Source: Chrysomallon squamiferum (Eukaryota > Animalia > Mollusca). Taken from it: a stretch of DNA of 64,000 bases. The position numbers were made by a program, and so were the translations under genes. The stretch spans positions 2,480,001 through 2,544,000 of the forward strand of contig CM022679.1 of assembly GCA_012295275.1 (NCBI GenBank), in the 5' to 3' direction. Below the pieces are notes generated by a model. The model was not told where the DNA came from and made no database searches. It saw nothing but the letters and a program-made list of their open reading frames with translations. Shown piece by piece: positions 1-12,780 of this stretch. Each line of letters opens with the position of its first letter. Position 1 is the stretch's first letter.

Positions 1-231
1 TATTTTTGCAAATAATGAATAAAAAAAGTTATAAAATATGCCATTATTTATTTAAAATAAAAGTTAAAAATTTTGATCAAATAATATTAACATTCATTTA
101 ACAAATTAAAAAAATATTAATGATGACTGTAACATAATATATATTAGTGATTATTTCAGTATTAATAAAAATTAGTGATTAACTCAACATTATTAATAAT
201 TAATTTAAGACAATGAAGTGTTTCAATTCAG

Positions 232-1481
232 GTGGTTACGGGCTGCGACTCATCCTGTATAGCTGTGTGGGACATTGAGAGTGGTAACAAGTCCATTGTG
301 TTCTCAAACGCTCACGGGGAAGAGGAGATAACTGTGATGACTTTCGACGAAACCTGGCGACGACTCATGACAGGAGCAAGAAATGGAACCATAAAAGTAC
401 AAAAAAAAAATAAAAATTATTTACAGGAATCTTTAAATTTATGATTTAAAAAAATTGCCAATAATTTGGTTTGATAGTAACAAACTTTCAATACTCATAA
501 AAATTTTTTTTTTTTTTAAATTCCTTTCAAATATAAAAAGAGAAATTAAAATAATTTATTTAGGTGTTGATTAAAATAGTTTATTTAGGTGTCAGTAAAT
601 AATAGTTGTACGCTTTAGGTTTGGAATTTTCAAAATGGCCACAACTTGCACAAACTGGATCCATCATCAGACGCAGAAGTGACAGGAATTGTTCCAGTGA
701 AGGACAAAAAGGTCATCGTAGCTGTAGGCTGGAGTAGACACATCACCAAGTATGACGACTCTGATGCTGATGTAAGAGTTTATCACCATCATCATCATCA
801 TCATCATTATCACCATATTTACAAGAATCATCATAATCACTGTAACATTTACCAGCATTATCATCATAATCATCATCATCATAATCATCACATTTAATGT
901 CATTTTAATAATGATTAGTACATTTGTTGACTTTCTTCTTATTATTGTTGTATTATCATTATAATATGCTGAATGTATAAGCATGTACAGGACTGGCATA
1001 CTTCATAATCTCTGTGAAAAAATACCATAAAAAGAATTGTAAAAATACTTTTATTTGCCAATATTTGCTGTTTTTGTCAGAACATGTACATTCCTGCCAA
1101 TGAAGACTGGAAGGGGGGACAACTCCATGACGATGACATTCTGACGATGGACTTCTGTCCCCCTAACTACATCGCGACTGGAGGCTTTGACGGAGAAATC
1201 ATTGTTTGGGAACTGGAGACAGAAAAAATGTTTAACAGACTGAGAAAAGGAAAACCTACAAACCTGTGAGTGGATTTTAATACAAATAAACAACAACAAA
1301 AAATATCTATCTATGTCTATCTAACATGTGTTTATACACAGTTTACATTTCATGTATGTATGTATGTATGTATGTATGTATGTGTTTATGTACATATACA
1401 TGTATGTTTTTGTACACAAGCGAGAACTCATCCATAACTGTATATATTCAACTTTGTATTTGTATTTTATATATATATATA

Positions 1482-1523
<42 letters not shown>

Positions 1524-3203
1524 AATGTTCATCTGTCTATCTCTATATAAGAAATATATTTACTGTTCAGGTCTAAGAAGATAGAGAGTTTGACACGTCA
1601 GACTGGATCTCGGCCATCGTCTAAAAACGACAGACCAAACTCGCGACACCAGAAAAACCACAAACTTGTTCATGGGTGAGAACCACTGACCTACCCCTCG
1701 ATTTGTATTTTATATAAACAAAATATCTAAAACTAGATTTTTATATCTTTTATTTGTTTTACTGATTGGTTATTGATACCATAAAATATAAAAAACAAAT
1801 AAAATAAACAAATATAAAAATAAATAAAGAATATACAATAAAAAAAAAATAAAAAGAAAAGAAATTAAATAAATAAGCCTACAAGCAAGCCATCCATCAA
1901 AAAACAGTAAACAAATAAAAAAAAAATTATAATAATAAATAAAAAAGAAAAAGAAATAAATAAAAACAATTATAAAAATTGGTTCCTATCTTCAAACTCA
2001 TAATAGTAATACACTATATAAAAACAGAAAGAAAACGTAGACAGTATGTATTGTATGTGAGTTACTGTTGTTGGTTCATTGTTACTCTTGCTGTTGTTTC
2101 AGTCAGCCCACGCCTGTCGACAAGCTGCTGTTTCTGAGGGGTCGTGCACAGACTCGCTACTCGGAAAGTGCAATACTCGTGTCAAGTGAGGGGGGGACTC
2201 TCCACTGGTGGAACATCTACAGTCCGAATGCAGAGCTAGGTAAAATTAGTTTCGTAAAATTTACACACAGGACAATAGGAAGTAAAATAATAAAAATAAA
2301 AAATTAACTGTAATAATAAAATAATAATATAATAGTTAAAAATAAAGTAAATCAAACAACTTTAATATATAAATAAAATGATAAGAACTGAAGTAAATTA
2401 AAATAATGACAGAAATAGTTTCTGTAATGTTTACAAAATAATTTCACATTTGTTTATTTTTTTTTATTATTATTATTATTTTTTCCTTTCACAGGAATAC
2501 TTAAAAACAAAAAAACAAAAACAAACAAACAACAAACATTATGATGTTCAAATATAAAATAATATATATCAAGATTTTTCTACTGTCACAATGTCTGTTA
2601 TTTGATTATGTTTTACAGGATATTTTTATGCTCCTGAGAGTGAGGATGTCTCCATCCTGGCCATGTGTTCAAAACCCAACAACAGCATCCTCATCACAGG
2701 GGACACTGTTGGAATCATCAAAGTGTGGGACATCATGGGCTACTGCACCAAGGCACAGAAAAAGGTAAGAAAAATATTACAGATGAACAGAGAGGTAATG
2801 ATAGTAATAATACTGGTAAATAAAGATAAATGTAATAAAAATAATAATAATAATAATAATTAAAGTAAACAGATAACTATAATGATAATACAGATAATAG
2901 ATTATGTAATTATAGTGACAATAAATGTAAGTAAAAAGGTAAATAATAATTATAATTAACAGAAATGCTGGTAAACCGAATCTTGCTACTGCAACAACTA
3001 CCATCAAAATTACTACATAATCTGTTGTTAAACTTTTAAAGTTACTACTACTACCACTACTACTGCTACTATTACTACAGTTATAATAATGATAATAACA
3101 ATAATAATAAAAATAATAACATTAATATTATTATTTACTATTGTTATTTTTGTCGTTATGATTATCAATATTATGATTATTATTAGTTATTATTACTATT
3201 ATT

Positions 3204-3242
<39 letters not shown>

Positions 3243-5642
3243 ATTATTATTTATTACACAGAGAGTTAAGACGAAGCCTCCCATAGAGAACTGCTGGCGA
3301 GCTCACGAGTCGGCCATTGTGAGTGTGGAGTACATTGAACATGATGCTGGAGTGTTTGTACTCAGCGCCTCCACGGACAGGACAGCGCGGCTGTGGACGC
3401 TGATGGGTGAATACATCGGCACATTCGGTCAGGTCAGTTTTCACTCATTATTTAATTATGTGTTTTTGTGCAGTGTTACTAATATGGTGAATAAGTTTTG
3501 TGTATTTGAAATGTTTTGTTTGTAACTGAAACCAAACTTAAAAATATTTGTTAATAAAAGGATTTAATTTAATAATTTCAGAAAACATCTTGGAATTTAA
3601 GCAAACCCTCAACTTGGGCTCACCCTAAAACTCCGTTTACAACAGATGAAGAATTCAAAGGTTTGTTTCAGTTTATATTTGAAAAAAAAAAAACCCACCT
3701 AAAACAAGTAATCCATATATCTATATATGTATTTTGCAAAACACATACACATATACATACAGACACTCAGTTTAAATAAAATATATTTTCAATTTCAGTT
3801 CCACCATCACACCGGCAGGAGAAACCTGCAGAGTCTAAACCTGTCGTCTCTGAGTCAAACGATGCTGTATCCAGCCCTGAAATCAATGCAGGGGAAACAA
3901 CTCCTGTCAACGCAGGGGAAACAACTATTGACAACAGCAATGAAAACACAAAAATAGAGGTCCATTAATTATTAATATTTTATTTTTTTACATTATTTTA
4001 TGCACCAGCATTCTCCTGTTTTCTAATTCCAGTCTTTTTAAGAGCAATTTTTAAATCAAATAAGAGAAATACTATTAACTCTTTCAAATTCAGTTCTCTC
4101 TTCTTTATCATATTAAAATAACAACAACAATAAATAATATTAATAATAAATATTTTTTTCTTTTTCATAAAATTAAATAACATTTTAGACTTTATTATTT
4201 TACATCTGTTTTTATGAATGCAGCAATTTTAAGTTTTTATTAAACTAGATGTCACAGCACTTTGTATTACTGCATGAATCATTTATTAATCTATGTATGC
4301 ATGCATGTATGTAAGAATCTATGTATGTATATGTATATGCAACTGGAATATAGAAAATATATATGCACTGTGTGTTTACACCAGAATGAAATAAAACAAA
4401 ATGGTGACATATAATCTTGCATGATGAAAGTGCACTGACTAAAATATCTGTCATTTTCTCAATTTCTTCCGAAATGGCATCAGTGAAACAAACAAAATAA
4501 AATTTAGAAAAGTCAAACTACACTGTTTCTATTATAACATGTTTTTAAATAAAGAGAAATTAATATATATTAAAAAGAAAAAAGATAGAATTTAATATAC
4601 AATGAAGAGTATATGAAATTCACCAGGTTTTTTCAAAATGTTTCAGTTTAGACATTTGAAATAAACATTTTTAAGTTACTGCAACAAAACTACAATAAAT
4701 CCATTTTTCATTTAAGGGTACTCAATTAAGTAAGAACATCTTTTTTGGTTATATTATTATTGAAATTTTCATTATAATTATTAAAAATATATGTCCACTT
4801 TGTAATATATCTCATTGTTAAGATGATGATGTTGACATTAATGTCATCATTAATAAAAAAAAAACTCTGCCATTTTGATATTTTTAAAAGAATGATGTTA
4901 TCATTAATCTTGCCATTAGTGAAAACTGATGCCATTTCGGTGTTTAACTGCATGCAGTTCTAACACTAGAGTATTTTATATGCCTCACGTGTGTCTGTGC
5001 ATGCCTCACTGTAGTGTTGCTTTCACAGCCTCAGTCTCAAAGTGTTGTTGTACCTACGAAGCCAGCCTCGGAGTTTCCCCGTGACGTCAGATTCAAGTAC
5101 CGCTCCCAGACTTACACGTTCGGCTTCGACCAAACTGACCCAGGAAAGGTAGAGAGTCGAGAATTAAACATTTGTTTAAAACTTGCCAGAACTTCTGTGT
5201 TTTGTTTTTCTTTTATTCACATTCATTCTGTAGGTAAAATCGTTTTTTTTTTTAATGTTATCATTATTATTATTATTTAAAAAAAAAAGAAGAAAAGAAT
5301 ATAAAATCCAAGTCAAGAATATATATATATAAGACCATTTTATATAATCACTGTTTGCATATGATTATTAATGGAAATGTATTATTTTTCTACTTCTTTT
5401 GAAATCTTACAAGATATTTCTCACAATTAACAAGAATATTATCATATTGGAGATTTTAATAAAAAAATCATTAAAATAATTTAAAAAAAAATCAACAAGT
5501 AATGTTACTGAATCAATTATCTACCAGTAAATTTATTATTTGTAAAATTAGTTAAGATTCGTAAAGAAAATATATTTGTCCATTTTGATTTGCTTATTAT
5601 TAGTATTATTATTATTTATTTATTTATTTATATATATATATA

Positions 5643-5676
<34 letters not shown>

Positions 5677-6431
5677 TTTTGTTTGACAGACGTTTCTTGG
5701 TGTGAAGGTAGAGAAAGATTTTGCGAGGAAGAAACAAGACAGACAAGGACGGAGACACGTGTTCGGAGAAATCACCACGTCGCAGACGTCACGCTATGGA
5801 CAAATCTGTTCTCCATACCAGGCACTCACCACTCCAGTAAGACAAATACAACACCGTATACAATTTCATACAAGAAAAGTAACATGGCCGTCACTTACGA
5901 CAGTTCTGGCAAAAGTAATGAAATGGAAAATTTGCATGATTTGACCTTGAGACCATTTTACATGACATTATTCTGACATCGCAAAACAAATAACAAAATG
6001 TTAAAAACATAAATCGTGTCATCTAAATTGTGATTTATATTTAAAGATTATAATGATGGAATATATCTGCAAAATCATTTTATTATTATTTTATTATTTA
6101 TTTGTTTTTTCAGGATTTCTCTGAAGTGGAACTTCCGCAAAACCTCCCTCTCAGTTCGAGGATGCGCAGTCGCGGTTACACCAGTGACAATTTGACGTTT
6201 GAAAAAATCAAAAGCATGGACTTTTCTTACTTCAGTCCCGACTCGCCCCCTAGCGGCGAGGACGATGCACTCAGTTTGAAAACTTCCAGCAGGAGTGGCT
6301 CTGCAGGAACGAGTCGACTTCCTCCCATCAAATCAGCAACAACGGCGAAGGTTTCGTGGTCCAAACTGCCGGGGCAGATTGGCTCCAATGAAGAAACAAG
6401 CGACATTTATATGACCTTTCACATTTCATGA
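232..6431 (+). CDS. WD40-repeat protein, WDR49/WDY (CFAP337)-like; 3' portion, the 5' exons lie upstream of the window
   Basis: Twelve phase-consistent AG/GT exons: 232-396, 619-771, 1081-1265, 1571-1675, 2103-2239, 2619-2764, 3262-3432, 3582-3660, 3799-3959, 5029-5148, 5690-5836, 6114-6431 (TGA). The spliced product has repeated WD40 signatures (VVTGCDSSCIAVWDI; LMTGARNGTIKVWNFQNG; IATGGFDGEIIVWE; LITGDTVGIIKVWDI; WRAHESAIVSVEY...LSASTDRTARLWT..GEYIGTFGQ). The KVWNF.NG and G.YIGTFGQ..W segments resemble WDR49/WDY-family proteins as I recall them. The donor after exon 3799-3959 (GTCCAT) is weak. Confidence 0.85.
780..895. repeat. Degenerate (CAT)n intronic microsatellite
   Basis: CATCATCAT/CATAAT runs right after the GTAAG donor at 772; they produce the spurious poly-His ORF. 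Confidence 0.85.
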
Positions 6432-6466
6432 TAATGTCATAGTTTCATACATAATAAGTTTCTGTT

Positions 6467-6477
6467 AATAAAATAAA
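6467..6477 (+). terminator. Polyadenylation signal (overlapping AATAAA) of the WD40 gene
   Basis: AATAAAATAAA about 35 nt after the TGA at 6429-6431. Confidence 0.5.
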
Positions 6478-8229
6478 GAACTATTAAGATATAGGAACAA
6501 ATTTATCACCATATTGTAATTATTGAAAAAAGATAAACAAGAACAAAACTAGACAAAAAAAAAAATGGCCAGAACTTGAAACCTATTTTCGTAAATATAT
6601 AAAACAATTTACCCCCAACAAACCCCGCAAAAAAAAAGCAAGAACAATAAAACAACAAAAACAAAACAAAGCAAAACTAACAAACAACATAAAAACAACA
6701 TAAAAAAAACAAAAAAAAACAACAAAAACAAACAACAAAACAAAACAAAACAAACCAACAAATTCAATAACAAGAAAAATCTATTTATACTGTCCATCGA
6801 TCAACCGTTCAGTTATACATAATTCAATTTTTAATTATTTACAACATTTTCATTAGCTCCGTCCAGAATTATTATTACATTATAAATATGTATTATATTT
6901 ACTTTGTTATACATTTTTATACATTTTGTATTCATTTATTATGTTTGCTTTATTATTATTATTATTATATATACATTTTTTATTTACCTCTCTTAAATAA
7001 ATAGTCTGAAAAAGCTGTATTCCTGGGGTTTTTTTGTTTTTGTTTTTTTTTCAAAACGTTTAATCTGAGAGAAGGTGGATTGAGTTATAGTTTATTTTCA
7101 AAATAAGTTCACGCAGAAATTTCCCCCCCCATTTTGTAGTTTTTTTGTTTTAATGTTTAATGTTTTCTTTCTTTTTTTCCCATTTTTTTCTAATCTTCCA
7201 TTTTTTCCTTTTCTTTTCTAACTATCTATCTTTCGTTCGTTCTTTCATTCTGTTTTTTTTTCTTTTTAAAACAGTGATTTTCATCGAAAGAAGTTATAAA
7301 ACAACAATAATCCACCTCCGCATATAAAACATCATTAACAAACATTAAAATACATACTGGAATAAATTTACCATTTCCCAATGCACGTCCGAAAAGTCCC
7401 GATTCAGTCAGTCGAAAGTACCCGAATCAGTTCACCGAGAATCAACGTAAAATCACGAGCACATCCAACCAGGTGTTAAAGTCAATTGATAACGAACTAA
7501 TATAATTTTATATTTAAAAAGGAAAAAGGTATTTTGGTCTTTACACGTTGAGCACAATGCAGTTTTGTAATAATATTAAGCTACAAATATAAAAATTTTG
7601 CACTAAAATTATATCAGAACGTTAATTAAATTCAATATTCAATGAGAAAATTGTTTTCATCACCTTTAATTTATAAAATTGTACGTTACACATTAGCTTT
7701 ACCGATGTATTAATGTGATAAACTGAAAGTAGAAGCTTCTTGAAAAATACATAAATCAATATTTCAAGTAAAATATTCATAAAAAATGTTAAATCAATAT
7801 AATTTCAGTGAAAAGAAACACAGAATAGCGCCATTTTAACGTATTGACGTTACATTTCTCTTGTGTTCTCCGTCACGTCCGCTTCACACCGTTATAAATA
7901 ACGTGGCCATTGGCAACCGATTGTGACTTTCCTAAACCAGTTCTAACGTGTAACAGGTTCTCGATCGGAAATTAAGATTAGAACTTGGCATTCAGGGTGT
8001 TTTCATCAAATTAGGCATGGTTTCTGAAAATGTACATTCCGATCTTCATTATTTTGGCGAACCGTCTAAATGTGCGTCTAAAACTTTTTTTTTTTAATTA
8101 TTCTTTTTTTAAAATCTTTTCGGCCGACGCCTCTAAAAATTTAATCTTTTCTTTTTTATTTATCTTCTTTATCATTTTTTTGGTTCTTTCTTTTTGTTCT
8201 CTTTTTTCTTCTGCATTACACAATACACG

Positions 8230-8530
8230 TATTTCATTCATTATTTCACTGTTTCATTGTTCCATTCATTCATTCATTATTTCAGTCATTCATCGTTTTA
8301 TTATTTCATCTCTTCGTTTCATCTCATCACTTCATCCTATCATCTTACATCATTCCATCATCTCATCTTATCTCATCTCATCATCCATCCCATCCCATCA
8401 TCTCATAGTCTCATCATCTCATCTGTATATCATTTCATCTCATCACTTCATATCGTCCATATCGACTCATCATCTCATCTCATCACCTCATCCTATCATC
8501 CCATCCCATCCCATCATCCCATCTCATTTT
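8230..8530. repeat. Degenerate (CATCT/CATCC/CATT)n low-complexity tract
   Basis: Repeated catct, catcc and catt motifs. Confidence 0.8.
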
Positions 8531-8576
8531 ATTATTTTAATTTTTTTAAATAATTCCTCACCATTATTTTTTAATT

Positions 8577-8704
8577 TGTACCTTAAATGCAGCAACAGTG
8601 AGTCACCTGGTGAGTGATGACACCCCCACCTCAGAGTGGCTAATACGGGAACTCATACTTGAAAATGTGTTTCTGGGGGACTGTTCACCTAAGGTACAGA
8701 ACAT
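8577..8704. repeat. 128-bp dispersed repeat, copy 1, with terminal inverted repeats (MITE-like or structured ncRNA)
   Basis: Matches 14420-14547 at 124 of 128 positions, same orientation; ends TGTACCTTA ... TAAGGTACA-GA-ACA. Confidence 0.85.
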
Positions 8705-8717
8705 GGGGGGGGGGAAC

Positions 8718-8748
<31 letters not shown>

Positions 8749-9420
8749 GTTCAATCGGGCATTTCATTGTTAAAAATAAAATGGTAACCACACACGCGAT
8801 TTGTGTGTAAACTACAGGAACAAACTGAACACAGAACTGTTGTTCCCTCTTTTGAAGCTAACCTGCTGTTGACGTAATCAAACAATAGAAAAATCAGCTA
8901 TCGTTATTGAAACTCCCGACAAAAACAGACCCGAACTGGATCATGTCACATGACGCTATACATCCAGACTTACAAGTTCATTTATTTTTTTTGTATTATT
9001 TGTACTGTGCAATTGAAAGAAAAAATTTATAATATGCAAGCGGATATTTATGCCTCATTTTACCGTTTATAAGAAATCGATATGCGATTGTTAAGTAAAT
9101 CATTTGCCAAAAGAAATGCACCTAACGATTAAATTTAAAGTCAGTTTTTGCGTTTAATGACTTATTTTCCCCGCACTGTAGTACACGAAGAGAGTCATCG
9201 ATGTCAGAACCGTTTTCATCTAACCGCGTAAAATTGTAATCGAGAATTGTTGAGGGTGTGCGGGGTTTGTATTCATTTAAGCAGCGACAAAATAGATTCC
9301 CTCTACCTTACAGGTAAAAATCAGCTTCTCTCAATTAGAACAATTTAAAATGACAAACAAGAAATTTTAGTACATTTTTATTAAACCTTTTATCCCAGTA
9401 TTTTTACAAGTACTAATGTT

Positions 9421-10079
9421 TTAATGTACGACGTCATCGTCTCCAGCGTCTTCAGCTCCATCTTCATCGACAGCTTCTACAACTGCAGGAAAAATTTGTT
9501 ATTAGTTTCAAATTATTGAATTTGAAGATGCGAAATTTCACATGTTTTGAATCATTACTTACGCTCATCTTTGTCCACGAAGTTGAAATCGTCCAATTCA
9601 GCGGCGTTCAGTTTGCCGTCACCATCGCCATCTGCAGCGTGGAATTTTTTCATTTGAACCACGTTTGTGGGTTTCAGACCCGATGCTACAGCGATTTCAT
9701 GCAGGTCAGCAAAACCATCTCCGTTCAGATCCAGTTCTTTCAAAGCAGCGACATCGTCAGCATCCTGAAAATTCAAAAAAAAACGACATTTTCATTATAT
9801 AGCGATTACAAAGAACATACACATATTATTCTAATTTAAACAAGAGAAAAGCAAATACTTGGTAAATACCTCTGCTGGAGGAGCACGCACGTCCAATCCT
9901 CTCTTCCTCTTGCACACCTTGCATGCCCAGCTCCTGGCCCACTTACAGGCCGCCATACAACCAAGTGTGTGATACGGACTGACGCGAATTCTTCGCACGG
10001 ATCGGAAGAACCAGCCGTCCACGTTTTCAGGAACCAAGGTCAAGGACAACAGAACCAGCAAGAAATATGTGGTTTTCAT
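9421..10079 (-). CDS. Secreted cationic Cys-peptide / EF-hand precursor, copy A (candidate antimicrobial peptide precursor, 157 aa)
   Basis: Coding exons 10079-9870 (70 aa), 9764-9563 and 9482-9421 (TAA), all with canonical GT/AG and consistent phase. Protein: MKTTYFLLVLLSLTLVPENVDG | WFFRSVRRIRVSPYHTLGCMAACKWARSWACKVC | KRKR | GLDVRAPPAE-DADDVAALKELDLNGDGFADLHE...FHAADGDGDGKLNAAELDDFNFVDKDE-LVEAVDEDGAEDAGDDDVVH. It has two canonical 12-residue EF loops. AATAAA lies at 9382-9377. Confidence 0.88.
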
Positions 10080-10181
10080 TTTGCTGTAAAAATGTAAATA
10101 TTTAATTTAGGATTCTTCACATTGAAATTATAAAAAGCATATAACTTAAAGAATAATAAATAAATAAGAATTAAAACTTAC

Positions 10182-10293
10182 TTGAAAAAAATTTCTCCAC
10201 ACTTCAGAAAACTGGCACAAAACACTGGAAGACGATGAAGTGACTACGCGTCGAAATTTCACTTATTTATATTGTAAAAATTAATCACGTGAC
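10182..10293 (-). promoter_or_regulatory. Non-coding exon 1 and core promoter of peptide gene A
   Basis: Donor GTAAGT at 10181-10176 and acceptor CAG at 10086-10084 just before CAAAATG. TATAAATA at 10271-10264, Inr-like TCACTT about 30 nt downstream (~10241), and GTCACGTGA E-box at 10293-10285. All are conserved in copy B. Confidence 0.7.
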
Positions 10294-10465
10294 CAGTCAT
10301 GAAATTCGTTCTGCACGCTCCTCCTCAGATATCCAGTGAAAATGTTTGAACTGTAAATATACGTCAGTGTCTGTGAAAACAGAAAACACAGATTGAGCTT
10401 TACAAAACAGTTATGAGATAATTGTGTGAAATTTTCCTTTCTCTAATGAACTTTGCAATTAACAC

Positions 10466-10530
<65 letters not shown>

Positions 10531-10690
10531 GTGTGAGTGTGTGTGTGTGAGTGTGTGTGCATTTTCTAAAATACAAAATGTCAAAATATCATGTAGGTTT
10601 TTACACAAAAAGTAAACAAATTAAAATATTAATAAATGATATGGTATTTGTCCTGAGTAGAGTTTATTTATTTACTTACTTACTTACTTT

Positions 10691-10732
<42 letters not shown>

Positions 10733-12780
10733 ATTATTCTTCTTTGAGAATTTAAACCAATTTAACTGTGATATCTTGTCATCCTTGGATCTGGACCTGA
10801 AGGCTTTGTGTTTTCTTGTAAGTATTTGTTACTTTATGAATATAACAGTTTTTACACTAACTTTGACTTATTACACAAACAGACAGCATATGTGTGATTA
10901 TGTTTACATTTGTTATGTGTTAAAACGTGCCGATACCTCGACACGTTCACATTTGCTGACCCTAATAGTCTATAACGTTATATTTCAGCGCCTTTTTTGT
11001 ATTATTGTTCTTGTTGCTGTTATTATTATTATTATTAAGTTATTAATAGTATTATTGTAGTCGCTGTTGTGTATTGGTATTATTAAGTTATTAATAGTAT
11101 TATTGTAGATGCTGTTGTGTATTGGTATTATTAATTATTAGTGTTATCGTTGTTGTTGTCATCGTTTTCGTTGTTGTGTCTTTTGCTATTGTCTTTATTG
11201 TTTTTAGAATTTTAGATTTTTCTTGCTGTAGTTATTTATTTTTGTATTTATTTATTTATTGATATATTTATTATTTTTTTTTTAAATCTCTGAATTATCG
11301 ATTTATTATTTGCCTTATAACAAATAACCGAGGCATGTTTTTTACTGGGAAATTACTAAGCATTCGTTCATGTCGTCTTTCATTCAATACACGTTCATAC
11401 TCACAGTGGCTGGTTGATTCTGAATTTCCCCATATCACGTCCGCTCCGACACACACAAACAAACTGAACAGGTAGGAGAACGAGAATTAATAACAATTTA
11501 AACAAACTGTACTCCCATACTGCTTTTGTATCTTGTGACTCGTCTTTGCTAGTAAAACACTCACATTAAAGTAATCACATAACATTACAATCAACATCGG
11601 ACTTCAGTAATAATAATAATAACAATAACTGATAATAATAATAATAAACAAATAAAGCTGTACGATTTGAAATACAGGTTTTTTTTTAAAGTTTATATGA
11701 TCATCATGACTATGAGAATTTCACTTATGGTTTAATTATAGTTGGTATAAAAAAAAGTAAAAGAAAATCACGTGATATTTTCATTTTACACATACACCGA
11801 TTCATATACGAGTCTTCAAGATTAGAACATTAAAACTTACATTTCAAAATCATTTTTATTATAATTAATTTATTCTATCAGTTAAAGTCCAAGCTATGGT
11901 TCTTAATTGCTCTGTCACTCCGCATCACAGATTAAATAAATGTACATATTTGTTCTGTAAAGGAAAAAGATTTACAACAAAAAAAAGGCTCAACTTTTTT
12001 CATGTACTGGAGATAGGATCAGTTTTCCCAGGATCAGTTTTCCCACGCTTCATCAAACTGATCATTTTCTGTTAATCACATTAACAGTTATATCAGTAAC
12101 AATCGTTTTGTTAGAATGAAAAAGTTCATTGAATGAGGATCGTTTTTTTTTTTCAAATGTTTTTCCCTGACAAACACAAAGTATTCGACAGTAAAAAATA
12201 TATTTTCAGTCTAATGAAAGAGTTGTGATAGTAAAATAAATTTTATGGATGCCTTATGTCTTTTACATATTTTGCGAAGAAAAGTAGTTTTGTCTTCACC
12301 CATTTTGGACTAGCTAAATTTTTTACACTTCGTGAAATATACGATCGATAAGACGACCGTTTTTGCGTCTGACGACTTAATATTCGCGCTATAATCGTAT
12401 ATAAATTAGTCATTTAGGCCACTTCAAATGTCCTTTTATCGCCAACCGTTTAAAAAAATTCTAACATTTGTGGAATATCTTAAACTGCGACATTGGCGTC
12501 ATCGAAATCTTGTCGATTTCCACTTATTTAAAATATATTAGCAAGTATAATATTGTCAAAATACTTTCTACATTTTAGCGCACATGAATGCAATTAGTAG
12601 CGATTTGTCGAGTTCATATGATAACTCATTTCTCATTTTCAAATATCTTTACAAAGATTAGAAATGATACTTGCACGTATTTGTATTTTATTTACACTGC
12701 AATATGCAACAAACCAAAGAGTATTTTAATATTTTTATTAAACCTTTATCCCAGTATTTTTTAATACAAGTACCAATGTT

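Noticed and set aside
646-999. Poly-His and poly-Met ORFs
   Set aside because: These are read-through from a real exon (ending 771) into an intronic (CAT)n microsatellite, and its reverse complement.
8030-8617. 195-aa His/Ser/Ile-rich ORF
   Set aside because: It is a translation of a degenerate CATCT repeat with no splice or domain evidence.
8612-8625. C/D snoRNA or hammerhead ribozyme reading of the 128-bp repeat (GTGATGA)
   Set aside because: There is no terminal D box (CTGA) on that strand and no CUGANGA hammerhead core.
8598-8810. ORFs repeated at 8.6 kb and 14.5 kb (…TLGEQSPRNTFSSMSS…)
   Set aside because: The similarity is confined to the 128-bp repeat; there is no start or splice context and the frames run into homopolymers.
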